Part shown: piece after piece, positions 8,847 to 15,990 of the stretch
Position numbering within the stretch: position 1 is the stretch's first letter
Layout: every line of letters begins with the position of its first letter
NCBI GenBank assembly: GCA_044224875.1
Contig: JBGAJQ010000085.1
Span: 1 to 19,769 of the forward strand
Length of the DNA: 19,769 nucleotides
Source of the DNA: Gemmatimonadaceae bacterium
Lineage (GTDB): Bacteria; Gemmatimonadota; Gemmatimonadetes; Gemmatimonadales; Gemmatimonadaceae
Direction: 5' to 3'
Notes under the pieces: model-generated
Database searches by the model: none
What the model saw: only the letters and a program-made list of their open reading frames with translations
Told to the model about the DNA's origin: nothing
Translations under genes and position numbers: made by a program

Positions 8847-10157
8847 CTACGCAGTCACGTTGGCAAAGGGATCTTCCAGACTCGGGCTCTGCGGCGTGAA
8901 CATCTCGCCGCCTGTCTCCGTCACGACCCAGTCGTCCTCCAGCCGGACGCCGAACTCTCCCTTGATGTAGATCCCCGGCTCATCGCTGAAGGTCATCCCC
9001 GGCTGCAACGGCAGCGGGTTCCCCTTCACGAGATATGGCCATTCATGACCGTCCATGCCGAGCCCATGGCCCACACGATGCGAGAAGTACTTGTAGTCGG
9101 GTCCATAGCCACCGTCGACGATCACCTTGCGGGCAGCCGCGTCAATGTCGCCACAAGGAACGCCGGGACGCGCGGCGGCCAGAGCCGCGGCTTGCGCCTT
9201 GTGCTCGATATCGAACACCTGCTTCATCTTGTCTGTCGGCTTGCCTAACACGAAGGTGCGCGACAAGTCGCTGCTGTACCCTTCGACCTTGCAGCCACCA
9301 TCGATGAGCAGGATGGTGCCTTCCTTGATGACCTGCGGCGTGATGGAGCCGTGCGGGTTCGCCGACCACACGCCGACTTGCACGCCAGCGCCGCCCGAGT
9401 ATCCAAGCTTGTCGTGCGCCTGCGATACGAGTCGCGCAAAGTCATTCTGCGTCATCCCCTCCTTCATCGCCTTGTAAGCCGCCTGATACGCCAGCAGCGT
9501 CACCTTCGAGGCGAGCTTCATCAGGGCGATCTCGTGCGCATCCTTGATCATCCGACAACCCGCGGTCACGGGCGTGCCGCTGGTGAGCTTCATGGCCGGC
9601 AGCTGATGGGCCGCCATGTCACTGAACACCCACTTGACGGTCTCTTCGACGCCGAGGGTACCGGCGCTCACGCCACGCGACTTCAGCCCCTGCGCCACCC
9701 GATCATGCGGATTCTCGTGTTCCTCCCACGTCATCACGTCGGTTCCCGCGCCGAGCGGACCGAGTTTCACCTGCTCGATGGTGCGCTCCTCTTCGAACTT
9801 CGGCGTGACAACAAAGGGATTGCCCTTGGCCGGGAGAATGACACCGGTAAAGCGCTCGCTGTTGCCCCAGTTCATGCCGGTGAAGTAGACGAGCGATGTC
9901 CCACCCGCCAGCATGAGCGCGTCGATCTTGTTCTGCGCCATGAGCTGCCGGGCCTTTTCAATCCTCGCCTTGCGTTCGTCTACCGAAATGGGCGTCGCCT
10001 GGCCTTTCATGCTCTTGAGCGCCGCAATGGAGGGCGGGAGCGCGCCGCCAGCCTGTCCGCCTTGCTCATCGTCTTGTGCCGCTTCGCCAGTGCGTGGTGT
10101 GCAGGCCGCCGCGAGCGCGAGTGAGCCTGTGCCGACAAACGTCCGTCGTGAAATCAT
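8847..10157 (-). CDS. M24B Xaa-Pro peptidase family protein with twin-arginine signal (436 aa)
   Basis: Start re-called at ATG 10157 (GAGG RBS upstream; MISRRTFVGTGSLALAAAC). It has a creatinase-N-like domain and the metal ligands IDGG..YSSDLSRT, HRVGHGLGMDGHE, SDEPGIY and GVRLEDD. Confidence 0.93.
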   Translation of the reverse strand: MISRRTFVGTGSLALAAACTPRTGEAAQDDEQGGQAGGALPPSIAALKSMKGQATPISVDERKARIEKARQLMAQNKIDALMLAGGTSLVYFTGMNWGNSERFTGVILPAKGNPFVVTPKFEEERTIEQVKLGPLGAGTDVMTWEEHENPHDRVAQGLKSRGVSAGTLGVEETVKWVFSDMAAHQLPAMKLTSGTPVTAGCRMIKDAHEIALMKLASKVTLLAYQAAYKAMKEGMTQNDFARLVSQAHDKLGYSGGAGVQVGVWSANPHGSITPQVIKEGTILLIDGGCKVEGYSSDLSRTFVLGKPTDKMKQVFDIEHKAQAAALAAARPGVPCGDIDAAARKVIVDGGYGPDYKYFSHRVGHGLGMDGHEWPYLVKGNPLPLQPGMTFSDEPGIYIKGEFGVRLEDDWVVTETGGEMFTPQSPSLEDPFANVTA

Positions 10158-10431
10158 GGCGCCAAACCTCTTGGGCAGAGTGTGCGTGGAGTGCTCTAAC
10201 ATCGCGCCGTGTCTGGGATTCGTCGAGAGGGATCGCTCCCTTCCCACGGATGCGACGTACAGACCACCGAACGCCGTCGGCCACCTGAGGCGGCGACGAA
10301 GGACGAGGACGACTGCGGTGAAGGGCGGCACCGCTTACTTTTGGAGCGATCGCTGCGCTGGGTGGCTCCGCACCCAGTCACGCCTCAAACTCAGGTGTTC
10401 CTCGCAGGTTGAACCCTCTCCTTGAAATGCC

Positions 10432-11325
10432 ATGCGCCGCCCCCTGAATGCTCTCGTCGCATTGCTCGTCGCCTCGACCGTATGCGGGGCGAGCCCCCTC
10501 CACGCGCAGCAGAAGCTCAAGGTGTACATCTCCGTCGATCTCGAAGGGATCGCCGGCGTGGTGTCGGACGACCAGACGTCGCCTAACGGCCGGGACTACA
10601 ACTGGGCGCGCACGATGATGATGGGGGAGACCAACGCGGCGATCGCCGGGGCATTCGACGCTGGCGCCACGGAGGTGCTGGTGAACGACTCGCACGGACC
10701 ACAGACCAACTTGCGGCCCGATGAACTCGACCGCCGCGCCGTCCTCATCACCGGACAACCGAAGCCCATGGGCATGACCCAGGGTCTCGACTCGTCGTTC
10801 AACGCGGCGATCTACATTGGGTACCATGCGAACGGATCAGTGGCCGATGCCGTGCACGGGCACACCTTCTCTGGCGCGCTCAAGCACGTCCGACTCAACG
10901 GGCGGGAGGTCGGCGAGTACGGACTGAACGGCGCCGTGGCCGGATGGCTTGGCGTCCCAGTGGTGTTTGTCGCTGGCGACCGGGCGTTCGTCGACGAAGC
11001 GAAGACGTTCTTCCCGGGCGTCGATGCCCTGAGCGTGAAGGACGGCATCGGCTTCTACGCCGCCCGCACCATGAACCCACTGGAGGCTCGCGAGCAGATT
11101 CGCGCCGGTGTTCGAGCTGCGCTGGTGAAGCGCGTTGCGCGACCGCCCGTGAAGCTGACCTATCCCGCCACGCTGGAGATCGAGGTGTCGGAGCTGGCGT
11201 ACGTCGACAAGATCGCCCTCATCCCCGGCATCAAGCGATCCGGTCTCGTGGTCTCCTATACGTCCAACGACATGCCGACGCTCTACCAGGTCGCGCGACT
11301 GGTGATGTACCTGGCGCGCAACTAG
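10432..11325 (+). CDS. M55 family metallopeptidase (DppA-like D-aminopeptidase) with N-terminal signal peptide
   Basis: Motifs KVYISVDLEG, VNDSHG, IGYHA and HT, plus EVGEYGLN...GVPVVFVAGD. Sec-like leader MRRPLNALVALLVASTVCGASPLHA|QQ. Confidence 0.92.
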   Translation: MRRPLNALVALLVASTVCGASPLHAQQKLKVYISVDLEGIAGVVSDDQTSPNGRDYNWARTMMMGETNAAIAGAFDAGATEVLVNDSHGPQTNLRPDELDRRAVLITGQPKPMGMTQGLDSSFNAAIYIGYHANGSVADAVHGHTFSGALKHVRLNGREVGEYGLNGAVAGWLGVPVVFVAGDRAFVDEAKTFFPGVDALSVKDGIGFYAARTMNPLEAREQIRAGVRAALVKRVARPPVKLTYPATLEIEVSELAYVDKIALIPGIKRSGLVVSYTSNDMPTLYQVARLVMYLARN

Positions 11326-11357
11326 TCGACCCCCATCCCACGCCCACATCCTGACCT

Positions 11358-12647
11358 GTGCCATTTGATCCGCATTGGCGCGCCCGCGCCGTCGACGCGA
11401 ACGCCGCCGTCTCGCTGGTAGCGAGCGGTATGCGCGTCTTCGTACACGGCGCGGCCGCTACGCCGTCTCTGCTCCTGCAAGCCCTATCCCATCGTCAGGA
11501 CGTGCATGACGTGCGCCTGTTCCACCTGCACACGGCTGGCCCAGCGCCATGGACGGCTCCGGACGTGGCCACGCGCATCCGGTCGGTTTCCCTCTTCTGC
11601 GGCCCCGCACTGCGCGACCCCGTCGCCGACGGGCGCGCCGACTTTGTCCCCGTCTTCCTGTCGGACATCCCGTCACTCTTCCTGTCCGGTGTGGTCGCGC
11701 TGGACGTGGCGATGGTGCAGCTGTCACCACCAGACCGGCACGGTTACTGCTCGTTAGGCACATCGGTCGATGCGGCGCGTGCCGCGGTGGACACGGCCCG
11801 GTTCGTCATCGCAGAAATCAATGACGAGATGCCACGCACGCACGGTAACACGGCCATTCCGTTCGACCGTATCGATGCCTTCGTCGCCACCAACAGGCCC
11901 CTGCCGGAACATCCGCCGGGCACGGAGTCACCCGTCGAGGCCCGCATTGGTGAGATCGTCGCCGGTCTGGTGGAGAACCGCGCTACCCTGCAGATGGGAA
12001 TCGGCTCCATTCCGGATGCCGTCCTGGCGCGACTGCACGACAAGCGAGACCTAGGAATCCACACGGAGATGTTCTCCGATCGCGTCGTCGACCTGATCGA
12101 GAGCGGTGCCGTGACCAATCGCTTCAAGCAGGTGCATCCCGGACGGACGGTCACCAGCTTCATCAACGGCAGTCGGCGCCTCTACCAGTTTGTCGACGAC
12201 AATCCGCAGGTCGAGTTCCACTCCTGCGACCGCACCAACGATACGGCGCTCATCTCGCGGAACCCCAAGGTCACGGCCATCAACTCGGCGATACAGATTG
12301 ACCTGACGGGGCAGGTGTGTGCGGACTCCATCGGCCACCGCATCTTTTCCGGGATCGGCGGGCAGATGGACTTCATACGCGGGGCGGCGCGGTCGCGTGG
12401 CGGCAAGCCCATCATCGCCCTGCCCTCCACGGCGGCCAAGGGCTCCGTCTCTCGCATCGTTCCTGAACTCTCGCCGGGTGCCGGCGTGGTGACGACCCGG
12501 GGACACGTGCACTGGATCGTCACCGAGTACGGCGCCGTCAATCTGCACGGCCAATCGCTCCGGGAACGCGCCCACGCCCTGATCTCGATCGCGCACCCCG
12601 ACTATCGCGCCGAGCTTTCGCGGGACGTGGCCAAGCTCGGGTTGTAA
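11358..12647 (+). CDS. Acetyl-CoA hydrolase/transferase family protein (4-hydroxybutyrate CoA-transferase-like)
   Basis: Motifs LQMGIGSIPDAV, GIHTEMFSD (catalytic Glu), INSAIQIDLTGQV, SGIGGQMDF, VTEYG and LISIAHPDYR. GTG start. Confidence 0.93.
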   Translation: MPFDPHWRARAVDANAAVSLVASGMRVFVHGAAATPSLLLQALSHRQDVHDVRLFHLHTAGPAPWTAPDVATRIRSVSLFCGPALRDPVADGRADFVPVFLSDIPSLFLSGVVALDVAMVQLSPPDRHGYCSLGTSVDAARAAVDTARFVIAEINDEMPRTHGNTAIPFDRIDAFVATNRPLPEHPPGTESPVEARIGEIVAGLVENRATLQMGIGSIPDAVLARLHDKRDLGIHTEMFSDRVVDLIESGAVTNRFKQVHPGRTVTSFINGSRRLYQFVDDNPQVEFHSCDRTNDTALISRNPKVTAINSAIQIDLTGQVCADSIGHRIFSGIGGQMDFIRGAARSRGGKPIIALPSTAAKGSVSRIVPELSPGAGVVTTRGHVHWIVTEYGAVNLHGQSLRERAHALISIAHPDYRAELSRDVAKLGL

Positions 12648-12649
12648 AG

Positions 12650-12685
12650 CAGCGGGGCGCATCGATCACGATGCGCCCCCAGCTG
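12650..12685. terminator. Strong hairpin between convergent genes (probable bidirectional terminator or stabiliser)
   Basis: GGGGCGCATCG-ATCA-CGATGCGCCCC is a perfect 11-bp stem at 12654-12679, extendable by CAGC/GCTG. It fills the 40-bp convergent gap and lacks a U tract. Confidence 0.75.
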
Positions 12686-12687
12686 GT

Positions 12688-14316
12688 CTATTTCGCATCC
12701 TGCGTGAAGGTCGCGACTGGCAGCCGCTGGATTCCGCGCTCTCGCTTCTGTTTCTCGACCATCTTCGCGACATCCTCGAGGAGTTTCTTGTCGTCGTAGA
12801 TGATGCCGTCCTTGATGGTCCAACGAATGCCGCCCACACGCTCGACCTTGCCGGTCTTGTCATTCAACCGGGTGAAGCCGGAACCGTAGAGCACCTTGAG
12901 GTTCGCGATCGGGTTCTCGGGAACGATGTTCAGGTCGGCGAGCATGCCGGGGCGAACGACGCCCAGCTCCACCGGCTTCCCATTCACCTTGTTCAGCTCA
13001 TACGCGGCGTGCATGGTGGCGGCGCGAATCACCTCGAGTGGATGGAAGCCCGCTTCCTGGAAATTCTCCAGCTCCTCGACGTAGGAGAATCCATAGGTGT
13101 TGTAGATGAACCCTGCGTCCGTGGACGGTGTGACGCGTCCGCCCATGTTCTTGTAGTCGTTGATGAACTCCATCCATACGCGATAGAAGTTCTTCCAGGC
13201 GACTTCGTCCCAGGTGGTCCAGTTGTAGAAGTACGCACCGTGATTGGCGCGATTTGGCGTGTAGAAGTCCCACAGCGACGGCAGCGTGTACTTCTCGTGC
13301 CATTCGGCCGTCCGGCGGCGCATGAGGTCACGCCCCGACATGTACGTCGTCATGGTGGGGTCGAGCGTGGCATCGTGCTCCTTCAGGAGCTTGAGGAACG
13401 CGTTCCACTTTTCGCCGTGCGGCGTGACGAGGCTCCATTGGCGCGCGACTTGCCCAAATCGCCACTGCTCGTCGTTGTAGTTGTACGTGTCGGGGTACGG
13501 TTGGACGGAATTCTTGTCGTACATGGACTCGAAGATTCCGTAGTAGTGCGTAATCGCTCCAAGGCCAAGTTTCACGGCGTCCGCGCCGTTCATCTGCACG
13601 ACGCCGGTTTGCGCCAGGTGCGCCGTCGTGTTGAGTCCGAGCTTGCGCGCCTCGTCGATCGTGGCCTCCATGATTGCCGGCTCGTGCGCTCCCAGCTTCA
13701 ACCCGTCGATTCCCTGCTCCTTGGCCCACCGGACCCAGGCGCGCGCGTCATCGGGGGTCAGAATGGGCTTTCCACCCCATCCCTTTCCGGTGCCGATGCG
13801 CTGGTAGTTGTACAGGCGCGGCGCCGTGATCTCGTTCGCGTTCGCGCGCTTGGTTTCGTTCAGGGACCATTCGAATCCGCCGAGCGGCACGCCACGGACG
13901 GCCGTCACGCCGTGCGCCAGCCACAACTTGTAGCAATACTCGGCTTCTGGGGCTTTGGGCTCGCCGCAGGTATGGACATGCAGGTCGATGAAGCCGGGGG
14001 TGACATACATGCCGTCGGCCTGGATCTCACGCGCGGGGCCTTTCGGACGCTTGGACGCATCGATGGGCATGTTGGGGAAGCCCACATCCACCACCTGCGT
14101 GATGCGGTTCTTCTCGATGACAATGTCCACCGGTCCGCGCGGCGGTGCGCCTGTACCATCGATCAGGGTGGCGCCGCGTACGATGAGCTTGTCGAACGGA
14201 CCCTCGCCGTCCGTCCGATTGGGAGCGCCCTTGGCATCGCCCTGCGCCATGGAGCGCGACGGAGCCAGCAGGACGGTGGCAGCTACAACAGTCGCCAAGG
14301 TTCGAAGGATTCGCAT
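12688..14316 (-). CDS. Exported metal-dependent amidohydrolase, intact paralog A (542 aa)
   Basis: Signal peptide MRILRTLATVVAATVLLAPSRSMA|QG. Motifs LIDGTG, PGFIDLHVH, GLKL, TAH, ITH and STDAG, plus C-terminal GVVRPGMLADL...TIKDG. Confidence 0.92.
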   Translation of the reverse strand: MRILRTLATVVAATVLLAPSRSMAQGDAKGAPNRTDGEGPFDKLIVRGATLIDGTGAPPRGPVDIVIEKNRITQVVDVGFPNMPIDASKRPKGPAREIQADGMYVTPGFIDLHVHTCGEPKAPEAEYCYKLWLAHGVTAVRGVPLGGFEWSLNETKRANANEITAPRLYNYQRIGTGKGWGGKPILTPDDARAWVRWAKEQGIDGLKLGAHEPAIMEATIDEARKLGLNTTAHLAQTGVVQMNGADAVKLGLGAITHYYGIFESMYDKNSVQPYPDTYNYNDEQWRFGQVARQWSLVTPHGEKWNAFLKLLKEHDATLDPTMTTYMSGRDLMRRRTAEWHEKYTLPSLWDFYTPNRANHGAYFYNWTTWDEVAWKNFYRVWMEFINDYKNMGGRVTPSTDAGFIYNTYGFSYVEELENFQEAGFHPLEVIRAATMHAAYELNKVNGKPVELGVVRPGMLADLNIVPENPIANLKVLYGSGFTRLNDKTGKVERVGGIRWTIKDGIIYDDKKLLEDVAKMVEKQKRERGIQRLPVATFTQDAK

Positions 14317-14406
14317 AGGACGGGGGGAAGCGGTGGGTGCCCGGCGCGCCGGGAATGGGGGGTGCGTGATGCTCGGTATGCGTCTGCGTCCGACTGTCTA
14401 CAGCGG

Positions 14407-15895
14407 CTACTGCACGATCGGCAGGGCGCGAATTCCACGTTCGCGCTTCTGCTTCTCCACCATCTTTGCGACGTCGTCCAGCAGCTTCCTGTCGTCATAG
14501 ATGATGCCATCCTTGATCGTGTACTTGATGCCACCCACTCGTTCGGCCTTGCCCGTCTTGCTCCGGCGGTTTTCCGGTGGGCTTGTACAAGGTCTGGGCG
14601 GCATGCATGGTGACTGCCCGTATGACTTCCAGCGGGTGGAAGCCCGCCTCCTGCAGCAGCTCCATCTCCTGGATCGTCGAGAAGCCGTAGGTGTTGTAGA
14701 TGAACCCGGCGTCTGAGCTGGCGGTCACGCGGCCACCCATGTTCTTGTAGTCGTTGAGGAACTCCATCCACACCTGGAAGTACTTGCGCCACGCCACCTC
14801 GTCCCATGTGGTCCAGTTATAGAAGTAGGCGCCATGGTTCGTGCGGTTGGGCGTGTAGAAGTCCCACAGGGATGGCAGGGTGTACGTCTCGTGCCATTCC
14901 GCCTGCCGTCGAGCCATGACGTCCCGGCCCGTCAGGTACGCCGTCATGGTCGGATCCAACGTGACGTCGTTGTCCTTGAGGGTCTTCAACAGGGCATTCC
15001 ACTTCTCACCGTGCGGCTTGACCAGGCTCCACTGCCGGGCCACCTGGCCAAAGCGCCACTGTTCATCGGCGTAGTTGTACGTGTCGGGATATGGCTGGAT
15101 GTTGTTGTTCTCGTACATCGCCTCGAAGATGCCGTAGAAGTGCGTGATCGTGCCCAAACCCAACCGCGCAGCATCGGCGGCGTTCATGGTATTCACACCG
15201 ATCTGGGCCAGGTGGGCCACCGTGCCCATGCCGTTCTTCCGGGCCTCGTCGATCAGCGCTCCCATGATCTCCGGGCGGAAAGCCGTCAGCTTCAATCCAT
15301 CGATCCCCTTCGCCTTGAACTCGCGCACCTTGGCCCGCGCTTCCTCCGGCGTCTGGAAGTCGGAACCGTAGGACCACTCGCTGGGATTTTCGTACGCCCA
15401 CATGCGTGGCGCGGTGATCTGGTTTTTGTTGGCGCGGTCCTTTTCCTTCAGCATCCAGTCCGTCGGACCAAACGGCACGCCGCGACCGGTCGTGATCCCA
15501 TGCGCCATCCACAACTTGTACGCGTACTCGGCCTCGGGATCCTTGACCGCATCGCCAGTATGCAGGTGCAGGTCGACGAAGCCCGGCGTGACGTACATCC
15601 CTTCCGCGTTGATCTCCCGTGCCGGTCCCTTGGGACGCTTGTCCGCATCGATCGGCATGTTCGGGAATCCCACATCGACCACCTGGGTGATGCGGTTCTT
15701 CTCCACCACGATGTCCACCGGCCCGCGCGGCGGCGCGCCGGTACCGTCGATAAGGGTCGCGCCGCGGATGATCAACTTGTCGAACGGCCCCTCGCCCTCG
15801 GTGCGGTTGGGCGCTGCCTTCATTTGCGCTTGGGCCGAAAGCTGCACGGCCCAACCCAAGGCGATCATGATGCGCACAGCGGTGCGGACGACCAT
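14407..15895 (-). pseudogene. Exported amidohydrolase paralog B, disrupted by a ~107-nt deletion/frameshift at 14560
   Basis: Start ATG 15895 with CAGGAGA RBS and leader MVVRTAVRIMIALGWAVQLSAQA|Q. It aligns to paralog A up to GKPPE, then reads out of frame to the stop at 14495. The homologous tail KTGKAERVGGIKYTIKDG...IVQ* lies in another frame (14559-14407), and 36 residues present in A are absent. Confidence 0.85.
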
Positions 15896-15956
15896 CGGCG
15901 TCTCCTGCTTCTTCGAGGGAGGGAGCGGCCGCCGGAGCGGCCGGTCGAGTGCCACG

Positions 15957-15985
15957 ATTGTACCGCGCTGGCCGTGCGACGTCGA
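15957..15985 (-). promoter_or_regulatory. Putative sigma70 promoter for the amidohydrolase pair
   Basis: Minus strand TCGACG (15985-15980) - 17 nt - TACAAT (15962-15957), about 60 nt upstream of ATG 15895 in the gap after the RND gene. Confidence 0.55.
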
Positions 15986-15990
15986 GATCG

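Noticed and set aside
10158..10331. 58-aa N-terminal extension of the M24 ORF in the track
   Set aside because: ATG 10157 has a GAGG RBS and places the twin-arginine signal at the N-terminus. The extension looks non-coding.
10225..10400. Glycine riboswitch resemblance (GAGAG, CACCGAA, AAACTCAGGT fragments)
   Set aside because: The fragments are not arranged as the GGAGA...CCGAAG...CUCUCAGG aptamer with its pairings. It cannot be supported without an Rfam scan.
14555..14580. Programmed ribosomal frameshift rejoining the two parts of paralog B (GGAAAACC run nearby)
   Set aside because: There is no canonical slippery heptamer, and a shift would still leave the 36 conserved residues missing. 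A deletion explains the data better.
13009..14613. 534-aa antisense ORF, and similar long ORFs at 402-1793, 4643-5758, 14834-15994, 15063-16025, 17578-18669 and 18218-19261
   Set aside because: These are antisense or alternative-frame shadows of well-supported genes in GC-rich DNA, with no recognisable motifs.
15896..15955. Upstream GTG start for paralog B (486-aa call)
   Set aside because: ATG 15895 has a CAGGAGA RBS and begins a signal peptide. The GTG lies immediately after the predicted -10 box.
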